From contig CM082581.2 in NCBI GenBank assembly GCA_040954595.2, positions 7,896,059 to 7,960,058 of the forward strand: DNA of 64,000 nt. Reading direction: 5' to 3'. Shown piece after piece: positions 52,096-64,000 of the stretch. Source of the stretch: Balanoglossus misakiensis. Its lineage: Eukaryota; Animalia; Hemichordata. The notes under the pieces are model-generated. The model ran no database searches, was not told the origin of the DNA, and saw only the letters and a list, made by a program, of their open reading frames with translations. The position numbers and the translations under genes were made by a program. Numbering within the stretch: the first letter of the stretch is position 1; every line of letters starts with the position of its first letter.

Positions 52096-52832
52096 GTGAT
52101 TACATGTACTTCTATGCACGTAGCATCCGCACTGAGTAGGTTAGAAAAAAAGTAAGTCAATAAAATCGCATTTGCTTATCTGTTTTTTTTTTCAATTTTC
52201 AGCACCTGTTTGAGAAAATCGACAGTCGTTTTTTGTTCAACTAATGCTCGATGAAAATGCCAAGTATGAGTAAGAGCTTGTCGATACAAACAATATGTGT
52301 AAATTGAATTTATCATTTGTCAATGAGAGTGGTTGTTACACACGTGCAGGCCACAGTCAGAATAATGAGCAATTTAGGAAATTTGGTGTAAAAGGAAAAC
52401 CTGTGGTTTATATAAGGAACAAATGGACTGAAAAATAAAGCTGTAAGTTATTATAAAGTGTGTTGTACTTAATACTATCTTCAGCGTGGCAGTCTTGTTT
52501 TCAATACCAATCTATCCAGCATCAATACATGTACAATCTGGTAAATGCATTACGCTAATTGCTGAGCAAAGGGTGGGGGGGGGGGGGGTAAACTAATAGC
52601 CTTGCATCTGTGTTGTCTCTTCTTTGGTGTCATTCTGTGAACTCCCTGTATGGGGTAACCCTGTTTCCGGGAGTATAATACAGACTCGAAGCAAATCTAC
52701 TGAAATTGATCTGTAGCATTAACAGCTTGGTAAATAAACACACCGAGAAAATGTTTGTTGATTGTATGTCTGATGAGAGTATTATATAAGAACAGTTGTG
52801 AGTTTCAAACATAAATCACCATCAACGCCAAT

Positions 52833-52982
52833 AATGCATACCGCGCATGTCCAAGAATGCATCGTGAAACGGTGATGTCACACATGCAAAAATGCATACC
52901 GCGCATGTCCAAGAATGCATCGTGAAACGGTGATGTCACACATGCAAAAATGCATATCGCGCATGTCCAAGGATGCACCGTG
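52833..52982. repeat. 58-bp tandem repeat, about 2.5 copies
   Basis: Units start at 52833, 52891 and 52949 (AATGCATACCGCGCATGTCCAAGAATGCATCGTG...). Confidence 0.93.
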
Positions 52983-53550
52983 TCAACGAAGACCACGACC
53001 GCCGACTGGCAGAGCCACTGTTTTCCTATCAGGAAGTCAGAGTGCGGACTGCAATTCCACTGTGTGTTCGGCAAGTTGCCGGATGCATGGCCACAACATC
53101 TCCATCTCCAACAGGAAGTTTTGCCATTCATAAAATACACAGTATGATGCATGGGGAACGGTGGCTGTCTTGAACAGCCCTGCATCCAGCAGTGCATTGG
53201 ATGCACATGGCTTGCCTCGCGCTCGTCCAGCGCGTCTTCCTGAATTCTGATGATTAAGCCAAGTGGGATGACCCTGACGACAACCTCTGTCCACTTTTAC
53301 TCTTTAAGCTCACACTGGTATGCATTCTTTGGTCAACACTGATATTACCAAGTTAGAACCACTATCCCGTGATGTCGTCCCAACACGAAAGGCTTGAAAT
53401 TCCCAAAAATGTAATATTCCCTAATAAACGCATCATCGTTTCTGGAGATTTTCCTCTCACCCTATATAACGAGCAAAATGTCGATTATCCAAGTACACAA
53501 CTCTGCAAGTTCATATCAAGTGGAACTTAAAGACACACAAATTTCGAAGG

Positions 53551-55046
53551 ATGGCTAAAATTGAGTCTTCAGCTGCAGTCTTTTCACGCGTTTTGAGGTT
53601 TTTATGTAAGGAATCTAAGGCAGAACTTTACATATTTGCTTTTTCCTTGCATTTGTTGATGCCGTGGCAATGTTCGTCTCATCCATAACTTTATCGTTTG
53701 GTATCCATCATTTATATAAAAGGCGATGATAAAATTTTCACTACTGAAAATAAATTGCCATTTTTAGGTGCAATCGAACATTAGAAGCCGGATGAGGCGG
53801 CTTTGGATTCTATACTTAATATTTTACATCCCCTTCTCCGTTCTGCAGGTATCGCCACCGCGGTTCTTAGCGCGGCAGAGAATCTACAGGCGGAAGGAGC
53901 GACGATACCATCGCCGCTAACGCAGCCGTCGAGGGATCCTAGCATACCACAGCTGTACGACGATGTTCGTCTCCAAACGTTGGTTGTGCAGCAGGTGAAC
54001 AAAGACGCTTTCGATAATTTGGTAAGTATTCATATCGGCATTCCCAAGAAAAAATATGAAATTAAAATGATCAGATTCTGTAAAGCTTTGAAAAGAATAA
54101 CTTTTTCTATGTAGCATATGTCAACTATGTTTTTCTTTATTCGAGGCAAAAATATCATAGAAAGTTATATTTCCACGCTTACAATATTGTATGTTTTTTG
54201 CAGAACGAAAAAAGGTTTAATGACACGAATGTTGACTACGAGCAGGACGTTCACATAGGGGGCATCCCCCGCTCGGCGAATCGACTCCAATCATTTTCCA
54301 TGACAGTAAGTACCCAATACAGGAGCCTCGCTCGTTTGCATTGGATATTGCCCTGGTCTCCTGAAGACAGAGAGTTTGACTGTTCACAAAACTTGTATCA
54401 TGTCGCTGAAAATAAATTCGGTATCAATGAATCCCTGATCTTGATCACAGAATACTTTTCCACCGTTCAAATCCAACGGATGATTTTAGAGGCATCCTTG
54501 ATTAAATTGCAATATTCCCATATTTTATAGGAGAGAGAGATACTCGTCAACCACAGGAATAACTTCCAAATATTCCAGAGGTTCGTTGACGTGCTGTGCC
54601 TGGAAGAACGGACGAAGATGTGCAGCGGTGAGACCCCAGGCCTCTTTACCGAGTACCGCACAGTCAAGAGAATGCTCTCAAGGGTGGTCGTCAAACTCGA
54701 TAGCCTGGTACGTTCAATGGATCTCTTATTCAATGTGTTTAAGGTGTTGAATATTGAACAAATTTCAGTAGTGCATAGATTATACGCTAGACGTGTCCTG
54801 AGGATTATTACATCATATCACATTTTGTAATATTATCGTTCCTCTTTCATCCAGATATATCTTCTTGGTTTCGTCGATGATGCAACGAATCCTGTAACCC
54901 CCGAAAATGGCGAAGCACTCCGTTTTATTGGTAGCCAGGATCTCGGGGATATCCGAGCTTGGAAAGTTCTCGACGGACTGTCCCTCTACGCTGCCAGCGC
55001 CAGTGTAGACTTTGATCGCCTCCGCCTCGCTGAAGATGACGCCTGA
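53551..55046 (+). CDS. Gene E: secreted IL-11/CNTF/CLCF1-like four-helix cytokine-like protein, 232 aa
   Basis: Exons are 53551-53605, 53849-54021, 54204-54305, 54531-54707 and 54855-55046, with phases 1,0,0,0. Signal MAKIESSAAVFSRVLRFLCIATAVLSAAENLQAEG; helix D GDIRAWKVLDGLSLYAASASVDFDRL. The promoter has kB sites at 53396 and 53444 and TATATAA at 53463. Confidence 0.83.
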
Positions 55047-55896
55047 GACCGATTTAATTGGAAGATGAAAACTCTTGTTTTATAATAGAATGTCACCATG
55101 TTTTTTTTAAAAGTAACAGGCCTGTTAATAATATCGACCAGACTCACTGTAATTTACATATCGGACATTGCAATGTAAATGTCCCCTTTTATAGAAATAA
55201 TAGCAAATGAGTGGAAATATATCTGAATGTATGGCAAGCCATTTAAAATGACAAGAATGTATAGCTGATAAACGTTCAGCATGTTTTTGAAATTTTGTCT
55301 TCGGTATATTCAGGTATACCCCGATTTCTACATCAAACACAGGAGTACTTTGAGTCCTATGGAATCAAATGACTCGTTTATTAAGTAGTGTTATTTTGAA
55401 CACGACTAGTCTATAGAGTGAGCTTGGTTCGCATTAGCGAAAGTATTGGTGATTGCCCAGGTATAAATTGTGACGTATGTTGAACGTCGTATTAGTTCCA
55501 CTCGAATTGATGACTCACGAGCTGGAATGCCCTGGTCATGTCGGTAGATTGTCCTTTTGGCTTTTCTAGTTCTGTACCAATATCAAGCACTCAATTTGAA
55601 ATAAATAAACCTGCTGATATATACACGTAGTGTTTATTGATTTATTACTAATTCATGCTCGCTTCGTTGGTATTCTACTACATTTTGAACTGGGCGTTCA
55701 GTGTCCATTTTTCATTTTTCAAAACCACGTTAGCGACGTGTTCTTTTCATGGGTCGTCTGATGTCATCCCTTGGCGTATAGCGAGAAATAGCATATATAA
55801 GTAAACCGTGCATCGGATCATGCAGAATGACTTGGCACGTGGAATAACGCCCTCAATCAATTTGACCTAAAATGAACTCAAAAGGATGATTGCCTT

Positions 55897-55997
55897 TTCC
55901 AGGAAAAGCCACTGTTCTGTCGAAGCGTTCCTGGAGACATTTCGCAGAAATTGTGTTTCTGGCTTTCGCTTCTCTGAGCTGACCCGAAAGAGAAACC
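55897..55997 (+). promoter_or_regulatory. GAS-GAS-ISRE module upstream of gene F
   Basis: TTCCAGGAA at 55897, TTCGCAGAA at 55941 and GAAAGAGAAACC at 55986; paralogous to 46714-46815. Confidence 0.65.
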
Positions 55998-56996
55998 GCA
56001 CTGCAGTCTAAAACATAGCCTATATTCTCTCGGCTAGGACACGTGTCGTTCTTGAGGGAGAGGATGGGCTGACGACGCAAGTCAACCTCCATCATATTGC
56101 TACATTGTACGGCAAGTCCCTGACCGGGGCTTTATAGTGATATTCGATTTGATTTGGTAGGTTTGAAGATATGGAAGTATCCTAATGAATGAACAGGATC
56201 CTTGGAGGGTACGTAGTTTTTGATCTCCTGACCAGTACCATGTACCGTGCTTTACGCATTGGCTCTGAAGCACAGCGTTATCACAGGGAAAATGCCCCGG
56301 GAGATCTACCTGAGTGTTGAGAAGGTAATTTTTCTCCATGTCTTGCCTAATTCCAAGTATTTGCCATTTCCAGAGTCTTTAAGCGTACAACAACGTTCGC
56401 CTTGTCTGGGAAAGTGTCTTTACTGACGGTCGTGGCCAACAAGCCCGCAACCGCAGATACTGTGTTTTCCCGCACCGGAAGGCAATCTGAGTTGGGGGAT
56501 GGCACTCAGTATGGGCAAAGCCACTATATTGAGCCATCCGGTGTCATAAAACGGGGGAATCATATTAAGTAGAAAATAATTTATGATTTACTTTGGACAG
56601 ATCATAAGGGACGGTATATTTGCCAGTCTTCAATTAGGAGCCAATGTGCTTGCCATGACGACATATGACCCGTTTTTGATTTCTCTTGATTTGCCGACTG
56701 GGGCACCCCCTGACGACCTCTGTCCACTTTTACTTTTTAACGTCACACTGCTTTCCATATTCAAGACATTGACTAATGGTCGTTGACATTCTTGCGTTGG
56801 GGTCTACATGTACTCATGTGGGCGCGCCATGAAGAAAATTTCCCAGATGTAATGCACCCTAATAATGTTATACTAGTATTTTCAGCACACACAACGATTG
56901 TATAAAAGTCTTGAAATAATGCCCATGAAACCATAACTACTGATCCTTAACAACTGAAGAGACCTTGACGACACACAAATTTGAGAAACAAAAAAG

Positions 56997-58115
56997 ATGC
57001 CTCTAATTTACAGTACACCAGCAATCTCCCGATCGAGGGTTTTGAAGTTTTTATGTACGCACTAAGTTTGCAATCTTAGCATCTTTAGTTTCCACCAAGA
57101 CTGTTACACATCCTTTGCTATGACTTTCACTGTGTAAATGGAAAATGAGGCGAAATCATTATTGTTATTCGGCCGTCGATTTTAGGCACGATTCCTTGTT
57201 GTACTCACACCCGAAACGTTTAATTATCTTCCCGGTTTCACAGGCATCGTCGCCGGATCCCTGCTACTTGGAGCAGACAAACTTCTGGTGGAAGCAGCGA
57301 CGATACCGCCACCCGGCAACAGTCCACAGCCAACGGAGCCGCCGAGGGATTCCCGCTTGCAGCAGCTCTACGATTCCCTTCGGCTCCAAACGTTGGTTTT
57401 GCAGCAGGTCAACAAAGGTGCCTTCGATAAACTGGTGAGTTCACGATCAAACGCAGAGCCTCGTTTAAGCGCATTGATGAGATTCCCGAGCCATTTTGGA
57501 TTACAGTTTGTATAGTTAAGAGACTCGCCCAAATGCCGCATCTTTCTAGAAGACATTCCATTCTCACATCGATTTTTAACCAAACTTTTACTTTCTTTTG
57601 CAGAAAGAGGACAGGTTTGGTGACCCGGATGTTGATCGCGAGTCGGAAATTTTCCTTATTCCTGGTATTCCCAGTTCAGTAACTAGACTGCAATCATTTA
57701 AGATGACAGTAAGTAATACATCTGTCGTTATCCGATATGTATCCTAAGAAAAAGTGCAAATTCACTGAACGTTATGTCCAGTCAGCCTATGATTGAGACG
57801 TGGTTTTATCCTCTCATATAAGTTTATTTTTTTTTAATTTTCATTCCTTTTCCATAGGAGAGGCAATTACTCCTAACACACAGAAATAACTTCCAAATTT
57901 TCCGAAGATGTGTCGAAGTTCTCTGTCTGGAAGAGCAGACTAACATGGTCAGCAATGAAACCTTCTTTACTGAGTACAGAACAGTTACCACAGCCGTCTC
58001 ACGAGTGATCGTCAAACTCAACAGTCTGGTAGGTGAAATGCGGTTCATATGTATTTTGAGGGGGGGGGGTAATGAGATGACGTTAGAGCCGCAAATCAGT
58101 CAGACAGACAGACAA

Positions 58116-58178
<63 letters not shown>

Positions 58179-58496
58179 CATAAAACAGACAAATTCAGGT
58201 GTACAGCTTGGTCTCCTTTTTAGGAAGCTTGGGACGATAATATTTTTTCTGTATTGATTTTCCCTTACATTCAGTTATTTCATCTTGGTTTCGTCGACGA
58301 TGCACGCAATTCTGACACCACCGTAGACGGAGACGCATTGAGTATTATCACCAATCAGATACTCAGGGATCTCAGGGCTTTGAAAGCTCTCGAAGGCATT
58401 TACCTCTACGCGCCGGGGGCCAATTTCGATTTTTCTCGCCTCCGCCTTGCCGTCCGTTACGACGACGCTGAAGACACGTCCGAAGTGGAAGTCTAA
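56997..58496 (+). CDS. Gene F: secreted IL-11/CNTF/CLCF1-like four-helix cytokine-like protein, 248 aa
   Basis: Exons are 56997-57054, 57244-57434, 57604-57708, 57858-58028 and 58275-58496, with phases 1,0,0,0. Signal MPLIYSTPAISRSRVLKFLCIVAGSLLLGADKLLVEA; helix D RDLRALKALEGIYLYAPGANFDFSRL. The promoter has kB GAAAATTTCCC at 56834 and TATAAAAG at 56901. Confidence 0.83.
58101..58178. repeat. (CAGA)n microsatellite in gene F intron 4
   Basis: Directly visible in the sequence. Confidence 0.95.
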
Positions 58497-59241
58497 ACGA
58501 CATAGATTGCAGATCTTGACGTTGCTACAAACTGTAATCTAAACACAAAACACACATTGAATAAGGATATAAGTGTCCGTACCCAAACCATTTTTCAGGC
58601 CATTTAATTATTTTTATGGTCTGTATTAGCTTCGATTGAATCCTATGGAGTCAAATCATGGCGTATCAAGTTGTGTTGATTTTTAACACGAATATATTCT
58701 ATGCAATGACTGTCATTCGCATTAGCGAAAGGTCCTTAAGTATTTTCCTGTTGAGAAAATGAGAAATTTAAGTGAACTTCTTAAGAAGTCTATCCATGAC
58801 GTACTGCTGTGTTTATGGATTATTTATTTATTAACTTTATTGGTCATATTTATAATTATACCCATAACTATTTAATTCTTATGTAATGATGTACTGACAT
58901 TTTACATACGATCGGTTTGTTTGAACCTCGGTCCCTCAATTTTTCGCATTCGCAGTGAAAAGGGTGTTTGGACAAATTATCCAAGATCATCTCAACCAAC
59001 TGAAATTTTTCAATATATTTGTTGTTTAATTTTAGAGAACGCTTTACATGTATGTATATTTACTCAATTTATCGTTTGTGCAAATACCAGTGCTTTCTCT
59101 GAAAATATTAAAATAAAAATGTCAATTTACTAACAAATAATATGTAAGCTGCATATACTTTGTTTTCTGAAGAATAAATGTTGGAATGGCTGTTAAACGA
59201 GGCGAACTATGCTAAAGAATCAGTGTTGGCCAATCAAAAAT

Positions 59242-59642
59242 GAAAGCGAAACTGACGATTATGCGTACCATAGACTTTCTTGTGTATGTTACCTTCAAGT
59301 GATTTCTGGAACAACGACATACTCCCCGTGCAGATCCTGACATTGTACATATACATGTATGCCATTTGTTTTGAGATTATCCCTTTACACACTGGCAACT
59401 TTCATATTTTAACATCTGTTGTAAGGTAAAAAAAACGATATTAACAGTTTTGATTAGGGAAATCGTTCCTTTGTAGACGTATTCTGTACATATCGATCGT
59501 CGGGATGATTGGCAAATACCACATCAGACAACCGGGTAAAATTTATTGTACAGTAGTATGATATGATAACTGTGATGACGTATGTCGGACGTCATAACGT
59601 CAGTTCCACTCGGATTGATGACTCACTCACAGGGATGTCCCC
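59242..59642 (+). promoter_or_regulatory. Intergenic F-G regulatory block: ISRE plus CRE/AP-1/kB module
   Basis: GAAAGCGAAACT at 59242-59253. TGACGT..GACGTCA..ACGTCA..TGACTCA (59619)..GGGATGTCCC is paralogous to the modules at about 52000 and 55470. Confidence 0.55.
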
Positions 59643-60422
59643 ATCAGTACAGCTGGTTGTGTTATTGCTTTCACAATGCACACTCCGTTCTGGTACCAAC
59701 TAGCTAAGAGTAATTAATACGCATGTAAAATTATAAACTCATCTAGTGTCTGTCTTCAACCCTTCTAGATGACACAGAAATGTGTTACTTGCATTTGTAA
59801 AACTCGACACCCAATTTTAAAGACCGATTTATAGCATACATCAATGCGCTGCCTCCAACCGCACTCGTGCGTACGTAGAGAACATCCCGTAAGAAGAGCA
59901 CCATCACCATAGTATACACAGCCTGAGTTCAACCCAATATTAAAATCAAGTGCTTTATAGGACATTTTCAAGTGTCAAATACTTATTTTGAAATATTAAA
60001 CGTATGTGTCCTTCAACCATTTCGCAAAATGCTACGATTGCATCTTTACGTCATTACAGTAGCCACATAAAACCCACAACCATGCCACGTCGGGCAGCAT
60101 TTTCCCACCAAACGTGAATCACCGTTATTGCGCACGCGCGTGTCGGTTCACGTCGTCCGGAAAATTTGATGTACTTTATGAATGTGCTAAAATTAAATTT
60201 TGAACAACAAATTTTTTACAATATTTTTAGATAAAATGTATATAAGGTAATTTTGATTTACTCTGTCCTACCGAATCAGTTCTTATTTTCATTAAAAAGC
60301 GTCGCCCGCGAAGTCATCTCAACGTCCCGACATTTTCGATTAGGAAGCAACTCCCTTCCGTACAGAATAACACAGATAAGAGGAACCACGCTTTTGAATT
60401 GAAGAAATAACCGATTTTGAAT

Positions 60423-62869
60423 ATGACAGGCCAGACAACATGTGTGGAATTCAGAAGAGGTCAGGAAACCTCCGTTATGGCATGTTTCTTGAAATCATTC
60501 ACGTAGATTATTTAGTGACTGCATGTAGCTATCAGTATGGGAAACATGTTATTCTTGATTTAGTACCTTTTTGTCATGCCTGTGATGTCGCTATTATATC
60601 TAATAATATATCAATTTTGAATTTTGTTTACTTGAGGAATATGAATAACGTTTGTTTTGAGAAAAACACGTGCACTTTGATTTGCCGGTACAAGATGAAA
60701 ATATTCACTTCGTTCAAAATGCGCCAGGTGAAATATCAAAAACAAATTTAAAGCAAACTATTTTAGATCAAAATGATGACGTTCAATTAATCACCAAAAT
60801 ATAGTTCAAGAAAAAAAAATAGCGACATAACGAGTGATAGAAAACCCCATGGTTTCTATGTAATGGGTGTTTTTCCCCTTATTTCACCCATTCCTTATTT
60901 CATTCCTCCCTTTAAACACTTGAGGATTGTGGGTATCCATGGGACATTAGGACATTCCAGTGCCTGCATTAGTCGTCTTGGTGATGGGATTTTCCTGGTA
61001 AATTGCCCGCAATTGTGGTAGGTTTCCTTTTACATTGTTATTTTTCTATAATTGTTTCTATAATAATATTCATAGAGGAAAGCCTTGTGTGTACATAATT
61101 TTATTGGCATGCGTTATATTCCATGATCAATCAATGGCCATTCACTACAAGACGGTTCAAAATGTCCGCATGCGCACAACTGCAAACGACGCGCGGTAAA
61201 CAATTTTTAAACACAACCCACTTTCATTATTTCCAGGACTGTTTATTGCTGCTGTGTCTCTCATCGCTGCCCTGAGATGCACCGGCGCAGCCAGTATTCC
61301 AGGCATACCGGAATATGGACGGTATCCATGCCAACACCAGATACAGATGACACCTAGCCAGGAAATATTTGCCACTCTCCAGTGCAGGTTGTATGTGCTT
61401 CTCCACGAAGCCAAGGAGGTGTACGACAATTTCGTAAGTACATGTATCTAGATCTGTGCATGCAATGATTTCTGAGCTCGTACGCTGTACATTAATATTT
61501 GTCTATTTATTTATTTATTTATTCAGACCCAATAGTAGTTTGAATTTATTTATGTTTATACCAATTTTGACTGTTGATTCAGCCTGGAAATGAACAGAAA
61601 TGAAAGCAAAACGACTAGTTTTCACAACGTCAGGATCAGTTCTATGAATCCTTTCATTTCATATGCAAATATCCTTTTCCGAGAAAACGAGTTCTCATGA
61701 AGCGGCGGATTTACTGCCAATGGCTCCCTCTGCGGCCGCAAGTCAGTTCATTAATGCACAGAGCATGAGCATCATAGTTTGTTTTCTCTTATTCCTTGTC
61801 GGTTACGAAGAGAAAGTTAATAACAGATAACATAAATATTCACAGTATATCAAGAAAGCGACATATCGGTAGCAGAAGCCGTTTCTCTCTCTTACAATAT
61901 GTCATATCAAAAGTTTCTATTGATTGTTTTTCCAGAAAGTACAGCGTTTCAACGATGTCGACGTGGATCAGTTCATCGAGTCATTTCCCAACATGCCATC
62001 GCTACCTAACCGTCACATGAGAAGGAGGTACCTTAGAGCTTCGGTAAGATTTATGCATTTCATATCGTACTTACATGTACGTGTGCACGCGTAAGAATCT
62101 TGCAAGTGATCGCAATTGTGCATACACGTGCTTAAGAATTTTATGGGGATGGCTCGGTCACGTGGGCGTCAAACCGACTCGTGATTATTTTGTTTTCTTA
62201 ATTATGTCCCATTCCTAATCTCATTTAGGACGAACAGACGCTGTTGAAACTGTTCGAAGATTGCCACATTTTCAAAGATTTCATGGATTTGATGAAAGAA
62301 GACGAAATGTTCACTGCTACATTGGAGGGTTACTTCTATGAAGACTTTAGACAACTCAGCACACTCATGGCTAGCGTCATTTCGGATATTGTCAGCGTGG
62401 TAAGTTTGTCTGTTATCTTCCTTTTAATTAAATTAAGTCACATAATATTTTCAATATTATCAGTATGGAAAATCATAAATGAGCAGTGTCCTGGCTGGAC
62501 TCTGGGCGAAAGTCAATATTTTTGCACAGTCAAGAGCTTTTCATGTAGCCAAATGTTGAAAGGCAGTTGACATAAAATTTCCGAAGTCAAGTCCGCTCTG
62601 ATCACGGGATGATTACTTGAACCTCGTTTCTTATCAACGTACATGTATTTTCTTGACAGATCTCGCAAATCGGCGACAGTCAGACACGGACGGCGATGGA
62701 AGACTTCGACGCCTTTGATCACATCCGGGAGGAAGACCTGGCACCGCTGAGAAACCCTGCCCTGGTCACCGAGAGACAGCTGGTTGTCCTCTACAAGTTG
62801 ACAATCCTGTATCTACCGTCTGCTTCCCAAGCCCTAGACTACGTTGTCTTAAAAGCTAGATTCAATTAA
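60423..62869 (+). CDS. Gene G: secreted four-helix cytokine-like protein, about 240 aa
   Basis: Exons are 60423-60459 (tentative), 61237-61433, 61936-62043, 62229-62399 and 62660-62869, with phases 1,0,0,0. Signal h-region GLFIAAVSLIAALRCTGA. Exon 3 KVQRFNDVDVD matches D KEERFNDPDVD, and exon 4 is 171 nt as in D and F. Helix D reads ERQLVVLYKLTILYLPSASQALDY. Confidence 0.78.
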
Positions 62870-64000
62870 TTCTTTTTCCACACGGAATCAAAACAAGACT
62901 CTCTACAGGTTGAATCGTTAAATTTACAAGTTACGTCATTAAGTTTTAGAGAGTCAAAAATGTAGGTACATGTTGTATCATAAAGACCACACACCGAGAA
63001 GTCAACTTCATACTTTATAAAACAGAAAACATCCTCATCTTCAAATTATCACACCTTTGCTATTTTAAGCAGGAGGTCTTGTAATCAGTGATGTTACATT
63101 CGTAAAAAATGTAAGAGCGAATCTCTTCTGAACGTCGATCACTATTGGTCAGTGTTCTGTAAACCCACAGTGGGTAACATGGAAAGTTTTTAGTCTGTTA
63201 TATTTCTCTGGTAGTCAGGAGAAGAAATTAATAGATAACCCGCACGTTTATTGTTCTTTATACATACATTATAGTGTTTAAAGTCATTGTATATTACAAC
63301 TGCTTATTCCAGACTTCCATGAAGTCAGTTGAACTTCAAGTTGTTGTTTTTATTGAGAAAACTATAATTAGCGTTCAATAAATGTATACGGCAACATATT
63401 ATACGGTCGTGTCGTCTCCTTAAATTACACAGCACGAAGATACAGTGAATAAGACACAGTGAGCGTATTACTACCAAAGCAAGTTGTAGCCTGGAGAGTC
63501 ATGTGTTATTGGTTGTACAGCGTCACGAACATAGAAAATGACAGAAAACGAACACTTATGGTAATTGTAATCGAACAAAACTAATACACTGAACAGGGAT
63601 TGTGGCTTTAAAGCGATGGTATTACATGTATAGGGTAATACCCAATACTTACCATCTCATGACAAGGAAACGCCATCTTATAATAAAAGCTCTCACAGCG
63701 CATGTGTCGAATTCTAAATCCACAAATGTGAAAGTGGTTACGTCACTGTGCAACGTCACATGTAGTATTACCGGTGACTAATAGGTAGAAATCACCTTCC
63801 GCCAGCAAGCGGCAACAATGAATTTTAATCAATTTGAACGGTTACTCTTTTTTGAGGAAATTTTGCTTTTCTGGCTACTTTATTCCGGGGGAATGTCAAA
63901 AATTCCTAAATATTCACCAAAATAACTTGCTTAGTCAGGTTTCCCCCAAAGCGAGTGTTTAAAGTGAGACCCCTCACCGCATCCCTCCGTTGCATCAGTG

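Noticed and set aside
52833-52982. 58-bp repeat as a CRISPR-like array
   Set aside because: The units are head to tail with no unique spacers, and the context is eukaryotic.
61162-61236. ATG 61162 as the first exon of gene G
   Set aside because: The phase is compatible, but it needs an implausibly short 41-nt intron. 60423-60459 is preferred, and a GC donor at about 60480 is also possible.
61504-61555. ATTTA array as an AU-rich element
   Set aside because: It lies in gene G intron 2, which shows such motifs also arise from AT-rich background.

Overview
This is eukaryotic (animal) genomic DNA: intron-rich GT-AG genes, AT-rich introns and microsatellites, with no prokaryotic features. An invertebrate deuterostome such as a hemichordate is a guess, not shown. 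Splicing the exons by hand gives a 5'-truncated prominin gene (+, 1.3-10.4 kb), a TRPM-like channel (-, 18.8-28.6 kb) and a divergent ankyrin/TRPC-like channel (+, 35.7-41.9 kb). It also gives seven small + strand genes (A-G, 14.7-62.9 kb) that the ORF track shows only as fragments. These seven share the long-chain class I helical cytokine architecture: phase-0 introns between helix A, the AB loop, helices B+C and helix D, plus a phase-1 first intron in the five signal-peptide-bearing genes. Their products are about 183-248 aa and helical, with IL-11/CNTF/CLCF1/LIF-like or GH/PRL-like motifs. Most carry NF-kB-plus-TATA promoters, and the cluster has STAT (GAS), ISRE and CRE/AP-1 modules, AU-rich elements and a conserved 3'UTR stem-loop. 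The main finding is this candidate inducible IL-6/gp130-type cytokine cluster, interleaved with TRP channels. Family assignments come from manual motif recognition and need HMM or structure confirmation.
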